From the human T2T-CHM13v2.0 reference genome, Homo sapiens: DNA of 64,000 nt. Under the pieces are notes generated by a model that worked only from the letters and a program-made list of their open reading frames with translations, made no database searches and was not told the origin of the DNA. Both the position numbers and the translations under genes were made by a program. Of the stretch, positions 14,770 through 27,418 are shown one piece after another (position 1 is the stretch's first letter; the number at the start of each line of letters is the position of its first letter). The stretch lies in assembly GCF_009914755.1 (NCBI RefSeq), contig NC_060925.1; one strand, written 5' to 3'.

Positions 14770-15850
14770 CACTCACTGCCCTACTCCTCGGGAGCGTGAT
14801 TTCTTACCTTCTCATCTCCTCAAACCTCCTCCTTTACCATTACCCTCTGCTAATGATCTGGGGCACTCACTGATAAGACAGGAGAGAAAAAAGTGAACAT
14901 TCTCACCCTATCTTCTAACTCCCTGCATTCATACTCTATCTTCCTCTTCTTACTATGGATGGAATGTCCCTGTTCAGGTCAAAAACCAGACTCCTCCACC
15001 TATATCCTAAAGCCCATTCCTTCCAGCAATTGTCACCGCTCACCTGAGTTATCACTTATTCCACCTGTATACGTCCCACACTGGGTCATTCCCACCAAGA
15101 GCTAATATGCTGTAATAATTCCCATCTTAAACCCCTCCCTCGACCTCATATGCCCCTTTAACTATTGCCCCATATCTCTGGTCCCTTGTCAGGAAAAAAC
15201 AAACGAAAACCTCAAAAATAGCCTGTCCTCACTGTCTCCAATCCTCTCCTTTCGTTCTCCCTTGAACTCCTTCCAGTTAGGCTTTCACCCCTTTCACTCT
15301 ACTGAAACAGTTTTGTCAGGGTCACCAATAACCACCAATAACCTCTCAAGCCTTGACTTGCAGTATCTGACATGGTTGTTCTCTCCTGGGTCTCCACTGA
15401 CTTCTAGCTCTCTTCCTATACCACTGGCTTCTCCTTCTCAATCTCCTTACCAACTCCTCATTTCTCTGAGTTCAAACATTGGCAGCCCTCAGACCTGTTG
15501 TAATCTCTATCAACACTCACTGTTTAAGCGATTTTGTCTAATCTTATGACCTCAAACAGCATCCATATACTGGTGATTGATATCTCCTGTGTGGACCTCT
15601 TCCCTGAGCTTTGTATTTACCTGGCTGCCTTCTTGACATCTCCACCTGATTGTGTCTCTGTGACATTCAATGTCATACATCTAAAATGGAATTCCTGATT
15701 CCCACCCACTCCCAAATCTGCTGCTCCTAGCATTTTCTCTATCTCAGGAAAAAGCAATTCCACTTTTGTGGTAGTTTTAACCAAAATTTTTGAAGTCATC
15801 CTTAAAACACATCTCTTGGTACCATAGCCAATCCATCAACAAATTCTACA
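14770..15850 (+). mobile_element. L2 LINE fragment
   Basis: ttccagttaggctttcacccctttcactctactgaaacagttttgtcagggtcaccaat; ctgccttcttgacatctccacctg. Confidence 0.8.
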
Positions 15851-15911
15851 TTATACATGTTTTTCAATATTATTCACACCTATAACTTTAAATCACTATA
15901 TAGAATCCATC

Positions 15912-16140
15912 AATAATAATAACAGCAAATACACAGTGCCCAGCACTATTCTAAGTGCTTTACATAAAACTTAATCTCCACAAAAACTCTGAGATAGGTA
16001 TGATTGCTATTCCCATTTTACAATAAGAATTGAGGCACAAAGGAACTTGCCCAAAGACACAAAGCTAGCCAGTAAAAGAGCTAAGATGAAAATCTAAGCA
16101 ATTTGGTTCCAGAGTCCATGTACTTGACTACAGTGCTTTA
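15912..16140 (-). mobile_element. MIR SINE
   Basis: cagcactattctaagtgctttacat...attcccattttaca...gaggcaca...aacttgcccaaagacacaaagcta. Confidence 0.8.
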
Positions 16141-16905
16141 TATTTATCCTGTACTTAAATATTTAGATTGTTTAGAAGTTTCCAGTTCCTATAAATCACG
16201 TCATTTTAGCCACCTTTGTGTACAAAACCTCTTCCTAATTTAGAACAATTTCTTCAACATACATTCTCGGGAGCTGAATTACTCAAAAAGCACAAACACT
16301 CTTAATCCCTAAAATAGGCTAATTCTCAGTAAACATTGGCTCTTTGAAATCTGAATTTATATCCAGTCATTCAGAAACTAGGTTTGTTTTTTTTTTTCTG
16401 AATAGAGAAGGCCTAAAGGAGAGCTTAGAGAGCAGTTTGATCCTTGATTTAATCACTATGTATTCTGCTCATTCAATCTTCCAGTCTTTATTTTCTTCAT
16501 CTGCAAAATCAAGATCATCCCTAAGTCACAACTTCCCCCACGATGCACTAATGAGACTCTTATTTCTATATTAAAATGTTGGTCTTATTTCCCACAAATC
16601 CTGAAACTTTGATCTATTATTGTTCCATCCTAAGAAGGTTTTGATCCATTGCATCTTTTAAGATCATAGAACACCGAGTCTGACTTTTAAAGTGACTTTG
16701 CATATCCAAATTTTACACCTCCCTTTGCTCATTCGTTATTGTTTCAAGACCCTATTCTACTCACCATCTGGAAAGCTAAAGGAAAGATTATGTATTGATG
16801 TATTTGCCATGGTTTTATATTAACTGTGACCACACATATTTTATTTATCATGCTCTAAACTCAATTTTGATATCACAGATTTGGATATTGAATAGCTAAT
16901 GATAA

Positions 16906-17204
<299 letters not shown>

Positions 17205-17296
17205 TGATGTTATATTCTTTTTAGGCTTTTTTCCGTTCAGCCTTTGGATGATCCCTATACTACAATGTGGAACTCCTATGTTATATGTACCAATAT

Positions 17297-17621
17297 ATTA
17301 TTATTATTATTATTATCATTATTATTATTATTTATTTTTTTGAGATGGAGTCTCGCCCTGTCACCCAGGCTGGAGGGCAATGGCACAATCTCGACTCACT
17401 GCAACCTCCGCCTCCTGAGTTCAAATGATTCTCCTGCCTCAGCCTCCCGAGTAGCTGAGATTACAGGCGTCCGCCACCACGCCCAGCTAACTTTTGTATT
17501 TTTAGTAGAGATGGGGTTTCACCATGTTGGCCAGGCTGGTCTCGAACTCCTGACCTTGTGATCTGCCAGCCTCGACCTCCCAAAGTGCTGGGATTACAGG
17601 TGTGAGCCACCATGCCCGGCC
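17297..17621 (-). mobile_element. AluS with (TTA)n tail
   Basis: Antisense Alu preceded by (tat)n microsatellite tail. Confidence 0.95.
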
Positions 17622-17774
17622 CCAGCATTTTATTTTTAAGAAAATTTTCACCTTACTCTAAAACTGTTATATTATCTTCTTCCCTCAGTCATAAAAAACT
17701 AATACAATTGTTCTTAGAAAGCAGAAAGTTCCAGAAGCCAAGAAGACCCCTCTCCCCTTCATTTGTTTCCTTCT

Positions 17775-18220
17775 CTGTGTGCCAGCTTGTCTGCTGACAG
17801 TGAGTTTTATTGCTGTTCCTTTCTATGCTGTCCCCTGTATCTGAAAGGCTGGAAGCCTGGGAACTATATTTCCCAGAATACACACCCAGTAAATATCTCA
17901 GACAATTACTAGAGATGAGGAGGGCAGAGGGAAGCAGAACACATATTCTTCTACTAGTGGCAGATTTGAGAGTTTGGAGTGGCCTGTGGTGTCCTTCCAC
18001 AACTCACAGCCTCAGGGGGCACTTTCCAGTAGTTTCTGACCTGTGTGGCAATAATTCCCTAAAAGTTAACTGCAAATCTGAGAGCTAACTATGGGCTTCC
18101 TTTGCCTTTGTTTCCTCTAGCCTTTCCAACTGTTTTATAAGCATCTGTCTGTTTTCGATACCTTCCTGCTTCAAATACCCAGAGTGGCTTCTGTTTTTCT
18201 GACTGAATACTGACTGATAA
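17775..18220 (+). mobile_element. ERVL-class old LTR (LTR33-like)
   Basis: gggaactatatttcccaga and 3' end ccttcctgcttcaaatacccagagtggcttctgtttttctgactgaatactgactgata. Confidence 0.65.
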
Positions 18221-18371
18221 GTCCCATCTTTAAGACTTATGTAAACCTGTGGTCAGACATCCACCTAAGTAAGATAAAACAGAACAAACAAATAAGTCTA
18301 GTTTACATCATCAGTATCAGATCCCCAAATCATAAACTGTAAAATGTCTTTAACCCAAAAAGAAGCCTATT

Positions 18372-18682
18372 TAGCCGGATGTGGTGGCTCACACCTGTAA
18401 TCCCAGCACTTTGGGAGGCTGAGGTGGGTGGGTGGATTGCTTGAGCTCAGGAGTTCACGACCAGCTTGGGCAAGATGGCAAAACTCCATCTCTACAAAAA
18501 CCACAAAAATTAGCCAGGCGTGATGGCGTTCACCTGTAGTCCCAGCTACTCGGGGGGCTGAGATGGGAGGATTGCTCGAGCTTGGGAGGCGGAGGTTGAA
18601 GTGAGCTGAGATCGCGACACCAGCCTGGGTAACAGAGTGAGACTCTGTCTCAAAAAAAAGAGAAAGAAAAAAGAAAAAAAGA
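18372..18682 (+). mobile_element. AluJ
   Basis: ggattgcttgagctcaggagttc, ggaggattgctcgagc; flanked by aaaagaagcct. Confidence 0.93.
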
Positions 18683-20050
18683 AGCCTGCTTATATGATTT
18701 CCTTTTATTCCTCTAGGTCTCAGATAATTATATATCAAATTACAGAGGCCCAATCTAAAAACCCCAATGCCAATAGCCAATATCACCAGTGTTCCAGTAT
18801 AATGCCTTGAGGGTGGCTAAAGCAATACAAACATGTCCATCCTTCATATTTCACCTCCCTTTCACTTTAGTTCTCTTATTTGTGTACTTGTGCATATGCT
18901 TGATTTATGATTTTTGTTTATTCTTTTAAGAGCAGGTTTTTTTGGGGGAATGGGTCTCCAGCACCTAGGAAATGTTCTAAAGATGTTGGTTAAATTAAAT
19001 GTAAAATAAATGTGTGGTTTTCTATTAGGCTTGATGGAGTAAACAGCAGCTGACACATATCAAATTAAGTTCACTCAGGAAACATAAGCAAATCATCAAG
19101 CTCTTAGGTTTTCCATATGGGATGGCGGTTCCATTTTATTTTGAAAATCCTTTTTCCCCTGTATTGATGATGAATTTATGATGACATATCTCACACCTGC
19201 CTGAGGCACACAGATTTTAGGTTATCTCCCTAGGTAATTCTGATGCACACTAAAGCTTGATGCAGCAAATGAAAACAGAGCTCCTTTTCTTTGAAATCTC
19301 TATGCCAAGAGTGAAATGCACAGAATCCAAAGACTTGGGTCTCTTTTCCAGGATTCACATTTGGGAGACGAAGCACAGAAAGTGAATTTTGGAGCTGAAA
19401 AGGTCCTTATAGGTCATTTAATTTAAGCCTCTCATTTAGAAGATCAGCACTCATATCTAGAGTTTCTTTGGCATTTTAGGGCAGAACAGAATTCAGAACA
19501 CAGGTATTTTGAATTTCAGTCCGATGTGTTATCTCCATGTGTCAGCTGTACTGTGGACAGGCATACGTATTAGCAGAGTTTTCTGGCTGGTAGCAGTAAA
19601 GTTTTTCCAATAGATGCAAGCATCTTGAGGAAGAGATATCATTTTTCTAATATGCACAAAGATGTAACATGGGCTTGTGGCAGGCAGCCCTCCCCCTTTT
19701 TCTTTCATATATCTTATTAATATACAGTGTGGAGGCTCTAACCTCAATAACAAAATACAATACAGATGCATTTTAAGAAAATTTGAATTATACAAAGTTG
19801 AAATTGCTGATTCAGAAAAATATTACAAAGTTTTGCTGCATAAAATTGCAACTTCCTAAACAACTGCCAAGGACTGCAAATTATAAAATGGGCTGGTGCA
19901 GTGAATTGCAAACCATGTTCATGGACTGTCATGCAGAGGCGCTGCATTGCAGTAGTAGGATGTGACCCACGCTTTTATTGACGTACACTGGAACCTGCCT
20001 GCATGTGATTCCAGTGACCGTTGTGCTATTATTTGTACAATAAACTTGTA

Positions 20051-20376
<326 letters not shown>

Positions 20377-21289
20377 TAAACCTTTAACTCAGTAGTTATA
20401 GATAACATAACACTCTGAACCTCTAACAACTGCCATTAGTAGCTTACCATCTGTTAATTTAGGAGCAAGCATACACCAGAAAGCACTGAAGAGAATGGTG
20501 TAAAGATAAAATATGGCATTAGGGCCAAAAAAAGAAAATAACCCACATCAACAACATCTCCCATCGAATGTTTATTTATCTGTGAAAACTAGCCTTAAAT
20601 TATGAGTATTTCAAACCATTTGATGAGTTCAGGAGGGCATCCCTCACACAAAAATTCAGCTTCCCTGACTTTAAAAACTCTTCTTTACTCCTAAGCCTGA
20701 AAGACAATGTGTAAAATTGGAAGGAGCCTAGGGGTTTCCAATTTAACACATTTCTGGTCCACAAAGGGATAAAATTCTCTGGTAAGTCTCCTAGAAGTCA
20801 GATCTGCTTTTGCCTGTTTTTAATTCCTTTTAGCATACAGTGAGATGCATCATCATGTGTTTTTACTCCAGGCTCTAACAGGGCCGGAGTTTGTCACTAA
20901 GTCACCTTCACGGCATCTTCACAGACCTCACCTTCATTATGTCTGCTCAACCAATTAAAAAAGAGAGCCAAGTAATCTTATTGTCCCCTTCCCAGAATGA
21001 TTAGAGGATTAATGAGCTAAACAAAACACTCTCAAGCTCAGGAGGAACACTGGTCTACAAACACGGAGCATGGCACGCTCTGTGGTCTCCAAGGGGTGAC
21101 ATCTGCAGATGAAGAGAACCGCACCCCCTGCAGCGCCTGATGCTGCTGCCGCCAACTCTGTCGGGTCCTTGGTCTTGGTCCATCCAACCGGGGCCGAGCG
21201 TGTGCTCAGTATGCTGATGAAGCTGGGACACCAGAATTTCTAAATTTTAATTAGTATGTATAAAAAGCATCAAGGGGCTGAGTGTGAGG

Positions 21290-21430
21290 AAAATTAGAAC
21301 TTTACTGGAGGCTTACATTTATTTTAAGGTTTGGTATTGTTTTTATTTGGAATTACATGAATGGGGGCAGGGTGGTGTGATAATCATTTCCGTGCTTAGG
21401 GCTTCTCAAGGTCACAAACTGGTTCCAGGC
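21290..21430. mobile_element. Possible hAT-Tip100-type MITE fragment
   Basis: End gtgcttagggcttctcaaggtcacaaactggttccagg resembles Tip100-class termini; highly diverged. Confidence 0.35.
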
Positions 21431-22208
21431 TTACTACTCACTTGAAAAAAAATTCACCAAAAAATTCAACAATTTATTTCCACAGGATTATTTCTTTCCA
21501 AGCAAGCTGTCTTCATGAAGTACTAAATTCTTTCACCAGTACAGATTTATCAGAACACCTTGGACAGTGCTACAAATCTAAGAAGAAAATTAAATATCAT
21601 TTAGCTAGGGAGTAGCCTCTGCTTTGAGTCAAGGGCTGGTCTGATGAGGTCTAGATGAAATTTTCAGGACCACCATATTGATAACTTGCAGATAAGCTTT
21701 GGATCCTAGAATCTGAGGACACACAAACACACAGAAAGGGCCAGGTCTGTCAAGGGTCCTTGGTGAGCTCTGTGACCCCTGCCACTCGTCATTTCTAAAT
21801 ATTCCCGACTTCCTTACTCTTGTGCCCTTGCTGAGATGTGTGTGTGCATACAAACAAAAGCTATATATTTCTACCCTGAGTTTCCACACTTTGGACCCCC
21901 TCCAGACACCATTCTGAATATGACACTCTGCTGCAGGGTACTAAAAATTGTTCTTTCCTCAAAATAAAACCTTTAAAGATCCCTTAGTAGCTATTTGGGG
22001 ACTGGAATTCAATTTCAGTTCTCCACCCTTTGGCCAGCTATAGATTCAAAATGCTTACATAAAACATTGAGAGTATGTACTTCATGGCAAATTTGATTTT
22101 TCTTCTGCAATAGAAATTTATGCTGTAGTTACCACAAACTATATTTTTACTTAGAAAATACACAAAGCAATAATGCACCTCAACAAGAGAGAACAGATCT
22201 TTTAAAAT

Positions 22209-22214
22209 TTTATT
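22209..22214 (-). terminator. LPAR3: Distal polyadenylation signal AATAAA
   Basis: Plus-strand tttatt at 22209-22214. Downstream on the minus strand: ctctcttgttgaggtgcattattgctttgtgtattttc (GU-rich). Confidence 0.75.
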
Positions 22215-23013
22215 TTATAGGTAGCTTCGATAAAAGCTTCAGATAGACCCACATACTATACAGAGTTTGTGAAATCTACACTTTCAAATCATAATATTCT
22301 CTATTTTAGGCTATTATATTTAGAAGCATGACATCTCAAATCCTTTTATTACAAGTAGTTCTTGCACATAAATGTTATATCACAATAGCAAAAAATGTAA
22401 ACTTCTTTTGCAAACTACATAAATACTATAATATCTACCTTGAAGTTATTCTCATTTTAAATCAGAATACACTCTAAATGTTTTACATAGAAAACTCTCG
22501 TTGGTAGCCTGTGTGTATGAAACATCATTTTTTCTTTCTTAACTACTTGTCTTTCATGTTGCCTACTTAGGTCTCTGAAGGAGAAAAATTCAAAATAGAA
22601 CCCAGATCAAAATTCAGTTCACATGTAAGCCAGGTACCAGAAGGATGCCATTAACCTTGGGAAAAATAAGAGATGGGAAATTATTCTACATGCTAAATCC
22701 AACATGCCACCAGTTGGTATGGAGGTAACTGAAGATAAGGACTGGGGTCAAGCTCATATTTCATTCTATATGGAAGGGATTCAGCCTGCTCTTCAATACA
22801 GCTTTTACTCTGATGTATAAAAACATCTGTTCTCAAATGAACACCTCTTTCTCTTTTCTTGTACAGCACAACAGATCATTGCTACAGCTCTAGTCCTAGA
22901 CTGGAAAGTCTAGGTGGCCCGTGAATTGATTTCACCTTCGCTGTCCTTCGAGTTTTTAAATGCAAAGTGAAGTTGTTTAAATATACACATGTGTTCCCTG
23001 ACATTCTCTAGTC

Positions 23014-23320
23014 TTTTTTTTTTTTTTTTTTTTTTTGAGACAGAGTCTTGCTCTGTCACCCAGACTAGAGTGCAGTGCTGCGATCTTGGCTCACTCTGCA
23101 ACCTCCACCTCCCGGGTTCAAGTGATTCTTATGCCTCAGCTTCCCAAGTACCTGGTATTACAGGCATGTGCCACCATGCCTGGCTAGTTTTTGTATTTTT
23201 AGTAAAGATGCAATTTCACCACATTGCCCAGGCTGGTCTCATACTCCTGGCCTCAAGTGATCCACCTGCCTCAGCCTCCCAAAGTGCTGGGATTACAGGC
23301 ATGAGCCAGCGTGCCTGACC
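23014..23320 (-). mobile_element. AluS in the LPAR3 long 3'UTR (sense to the mRNA)
   Basis: T23 at 23014-23036 followed by antisense Alu body on the plus strand. Confidence 0.95.
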
Positions 23321-23712
23321 TCTCTCCTTGATTCTTAACATTGTTCTTTGGTCCTCTTATTCCTCTGTCCTTTTGCTGGGTTTTCTCTACCTGCTCCTTA
23401 AACGTTGGTGTTCTCTTGGCTTCTTTTGCTCTTACTAGGCAAGATTATCAGCTGGATGTTCCATAGGCACTTCAAACTTCACATTCTCTTCTCCTTGTTT
23501 TCTGCATAAACCCTTTACTAGCTCTCCACTGTTTTTCACCATCATGAGGGAAAATGAGAACTAATGTGGGCTGGCGGGAGGCAGTCTGGGGCGGTAACCC
23601 CGTATCTGAAATACTCCAGGGATCCATGTTTCTTTCAATAGTCAGATTAAGCATTCCCCAATCCAATCCCCAGATATCTTTGAACAAAATCAATAAAAAT
23701 CAGTAAAAACAG

Positions 23713-23714
<2 letters not shown>

Positions 23715-23761
<47 letters not shown>

Positions 23762-23775
23762 CACACACACACACA
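23715..23775. repeat. Compound (AT)18-(AC)11 microsatellite
   Basis: atatat... 23715-23751, g, acacac... 23753-23775. Confidence 0.95.
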
Positions 23776-24015
23776 TGCATATACACACACATGCATGGAG
23801 GACCATACTAAGGCCTTTTTCAGGTCAAAAAGGGTTTTCACATTGACCTTTTTTACTTTTAAGTAAGTATTTTTCCTCAGAATGTTCCTTCAGTTAAAAA
23901 TCAGGTTTAATCTGGAGCTCTTACTGATTTTTCTTTGATTCCTACTGAACACCTAGCTACTGGCCATGGTTTCTTTGAGGAAAAAAATACCATTGCTGAA
24001 GCATTTCTAAACATT

Positions 24016-24092
24016 TTTAATGCATGCAGAAAGAACTACATAGACTCTCCAAGCAGCTATATAAGGTGGCTCAAGTAACATTATGATTTATT
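24016..24092 (-). terminator. LPAR3: Proximal polyadenylation signals (AATAAA 24092-24087; ATTAAA 24021-24016)
   Basis: Plus-strand tttatt and tttaat. The ATTAAA is followed ~25 nt later on the minus strand by U-rich ggtatttttttcc. Confidence 0.55.
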
Positions 24093-24439
24093 TTGGTCTA
24101 AGCCCTTTCATAACGTCCTTTTAAAATACAAAGAGAATGGCTACGAAATGGTGCCAGAACCCAGAAGGCCCAGCTGGACTGACAGGAGCTCTGAGCAGTT
24201 CATAGGACAAGCAGGGACCCGCCGAACCTCTCCCGTTTCTGTGCTTTCTCTAAATGCAGCAGGTCCTCTCTTTACTGCCCATGCTTTTAAACTATGAAAA
24301 AAAATTTTTTAAAGAAATCTAGCAGTGATTAATGGAGACCTCAAATAACACTGTACATGGGCTTTGTTAGAGACAGGTAATCATTCTTAACAGCTCTTTT
24401 CCCAGAGGAGGCCTGGGTGGGCCGAGAGGCATCCAGAGT

Positions 24440-24765
24440 TTAGGAAGTGCTTTTATTGCAGACTGCACCTTGGCTAATACTATCCTCTATGTACTGGCTG
24501 CCTGTGTCACTCCTGCTGAGGACTGTGGAGGGGATGCGAGAGGGACGCCTCTCTGGGTTCTCCTGAGAGAAGCAGCAGATCATCTTCTTCATGGTGCCAT
24601 ACATGTCCTCGTCCTTGTAGGAGTAGATGATGGGGTTCACGACGGAGTTGAGCAGCGCCAGCAGCAGGAACCACCTTTTCACATGCTGCACGCCACACTG
24701 CCTGCAGTTCAGGCCGTCGAGGAGCAGAACCACCAGGCCCGGGGTCCAGCATACCACAAACGCCC
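24440..24765 (-). CDS. LPAR3: Lysophosphatidic acid receptor 3 (EDG7), terminal coding exon (mid-TM6, TM7, C-terminal tail)
   Basis: Translation (G)AFVVCWTPGLVVLLLDGLNCRQCGVQHVKRWFLLLALLNSVVNPIIYSYKDEDMYGTMKKMICCFSQENPERRPSRIPSTVLSRSDTGSQYIEDSISQGAVCNKSTS* contains the class A GPCR CWxP and NPxxY motifs and is recognisable as the human LPAR3 C-terminus. Stop TAA at 24442-24440. The exon starts after a phase-1 acceptor, so the ORF-track start at 24757 is just an internal GTG. An intron within TM6 is a known shared feature of LPAR1-3. Confidence 0.98.
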
Positions 24766-24795
24766 CTGCAAGGAGAGAAGAGGAGGCAACAGATG
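24766..24795 (-). other. LPAR3: 3' splice site (polypyrimidine tract + CAG) of the LPAR3 last exon
   Basis: Minus strand reads ...catctgttgcctcctcttctctccttgcag|GG GCG TTT GTG, with AG at 24767-24766. Confidence 0.95.
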
Positions 24796-25604
24796 CTCAG
24801 ACCTTAGGGGACTTATTCAGGTTTTCTTCTCTCCCAGCCTTTAGCCAGTGGCATCAAGGGGCCCTCATGATTTGTTTTGACAACTGCAAGGCAAACTTCC
24901 ACCTACCATCTGAGCATTTGAGACCTACGCTTGGTACAGGCAAATAGGTGGGAACCTCCTTGACTATCAATCACATTTCATTTCACTTTCTTTTCTGCTT
25001 ACCCAGGTCTTGTGATTATGAGAGACTCACATTTACATTCTGCTTAGGAGGCAGTGCACATGCATGATCTCTGTTAGTTCTCTGAACCACACTGGGAGGC
25101 TTTGTTGCACTCATTATCCACATTGGACAGATAAGAAAACCAAGGCCCAATTCTAGGGGGAGATGAGAGGAGAACTCTCTGACTCCAGGGCTCCCATACT
25201 TCACCCTACATTCTGCTGTTACAGAAATCAGATTTTCTAAATGTGCTCTTGAAAATAAGACACAATGAGTCTACGGCATTCTTCTAGTAGTTTAACCAAA
25301 TCACCTGCTCATAAATTTCATTCTTCATAAATTCATGTGGATGCTTAGTAAGCACTATATTCTTTTTGACATATTCACGGGCCATCTGCATAATCATCTG
25401 CTCTACATTTAGATTTTTTGGTCAGAAATAAATCTTTCATGATGAGATAGTTAAAAATCTACTTTTCAGACTCTGCAATTGAATATGAACCGTAGTCTCT
25501 TCTGAGTCTCTAGCCACAGCATCATACTTACCTTATCTCTAAATTTCATGATATTTTTCTCCCATTAAGACATGGGTCCACTATTTCCCTACTATTATCA
25601 TAAC

Positions 25605-25860
25605 CTCAGATAGCAATAACGACTCATCTTTATACAGCACTTACTATAAGCGAGGCACTGGTGCAAACGCTTTCCTTGATTAACTCACAGGACCACACTA
25701 TGACATTGGCATTATTATTATCCCCAGGAAACCGAGGCACAAGAGAAGTTAAGTAACTTGCCTATGATCAAATAACTCTTAAGAGACACGATTTTGAACA
25801 GAGGCCGTCTTTCTCCACAGGCTGTGCCCTGGGCCACTATATGACCCGCCTCTGTAGTAT
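25605..25860 (-). mobile_element. MIR SINE
   Basis: agcacttactataagcgaggcactg...attattatccccaggaaaccgaggcacaagagaagttaagtaacttgcc. Confidence 0.8.
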
Positions 25861-27110
25861 GATGTGGTTGCTTTCGGCGAATGTCCTTGTCATTTCTAAA
25901 TGCACTTGCTTGTCCACTCATAAATATTCATCTGAAGCTAACAATGTGCCAGGAGCTGTACTAGACAGTGAGTGAGGTGAAGGCCACGCACTCAGGGAGC
26001 TAAAATACTAACAGAGAAGACGACAAACAAGCAAGTCTATAGATGATATCACCAACTACTCTACTTGTTAGAATTAGTTCTGCATAGTATTTCTCTTGTT
26101 GCTTTATCTTACTTCTAAGAGATATAATACCAAGCAGGGAAAGACAAGGATTATAAAGAGGCAGTGTAAGGCAGGGAAGAGCCACGAACTTTGGGGTCAG
26201 ACATGTATGCACAGCTCAACCTATGAGTGACCCGAATTATGGGAATTACTTCACTTTTCTCAGCCTCCATTCCCTCCTTTATACAATAAAGTTAATAAAC
26301 CCAACTATGTGAGGTGGTAGTTGTGAGGATCAGAGGTCATGGAAAGTGGTACCCAACACTGTGGTGGGTTCACTGAGCAGCAGTTATCATGAGGTGCTCT
26401 GTTTCCACAAAAAATATCTATATGTTTAGTAGCTAGCAGGGGGGTTGAATTCCTTATTTCATAATTACGGTTCAGCAGTGGTTCCCTTTTTTCTCCACCT
26501 TGTATTATTATTTTCGGTCTGGCTGATATATGTGAATAAAGAACTGGACTTGGAGATAAGAGATCAGAGATTTGGGTTCTAATTCTTCACTTACTGTACA
26601 ACTCTGGGAGACCCATGTCATTGCGCTGGGCTCAGCTTCCTCAGCTGTAAACTGAGGACTGACTTTAGGCTAGGTCTGAGTTTTTCTAGTGGTGGGTCAG
26701 AACTTGTTAGTGGGTGTGCAATCAATGTGACAGATTCAGACTGGTTTTTTGTTTTATTCAGACTGGTTTGAAACAAGTGAAGGAACTGGATGGGCAGCCA
26801 AGTTTGCAACTACCAACTTGAGAATTCATATTAGTAAGTTTTTAGCCATACCACCCGATAATTGTGTCTGAGAAACAAACAAGTCAAATTTGTTTGAGTT
26901 TTATGGAGAGTTAAAAGCCACAGTTTCACAGAATTCGGCAGTTTCCTACTTGGAAAAGAGTTCAGAAGCCGCTTAGCCTGATCTTTCATTCATAGGAAAA
27001 AGGCCTTCCCTTTGTACATCTCAGAACAATCCAGGCAAAGGAAATGCCCTGGTCAAGGGAGGCTCTTCAACTGCTGAACAATGGTTTCTTCTCTTAAATA
27101 ACTTCATTTA

Positions 27111-27418
27111 GGCTGGGCGTGGTGGCTCACATCTATAATTCCAGCACTTTGGGAGGCTGAGGTGGGTGGATCACCCAGGTCAGGAGTTCGAGACCAGCCT
27201 GGCCAACATGGTGAAACCCTGTCTCTACTAAAATGCAAAAAATTAGCTGGGCATGGTGGCAGGCACCTGTAGTCCCAGCTGCTTGGAAGACTGAGGCAGG
27301 AGGATTGTTTGAACCCAGGAGGCGAAGTTGCAGTGAACCGAGATTGTGCCACTGCACTCCAGCCTGGGCAATAGAGCAAGACTCCATCTCCAAAAAAGTA
27401 AAAAGCAAAAAAATATAT
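27111..27418 (+). mobile_element. AluS
   Basis: Alu dimer; TSD aaata(a/t)cttcattta. Confidence 0.95.

Larger units (their letters stand above)
22190..24439 (-). other. LPAR3: LPAR3 3'UTR (long form, ~2.25 kb)
   Basis: Runs from the stop codon to a canonical AATAAA (22214-22209) followed by a GU/U-rich downstream element. The end position is inferred, not observed. Confidence 0.75.

Noticed and set aside
24452-24457. AATAAA inside the LPAR3 CDS, ~10 nt before the stop
   Set aside because: Explained by the Asn-Lys codons (AAT AAA); the downstream sequence is GC-rich with no GU/U element.
24470-24947. Plus-strand ORFs of 124 and 106 aa and an alternative-frame minus ORF overlapping the LPAR3 exon
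   Set aside because: Shadow ORFs of a GC-rich coding exon; no independent promoter, splice or homology evidence.
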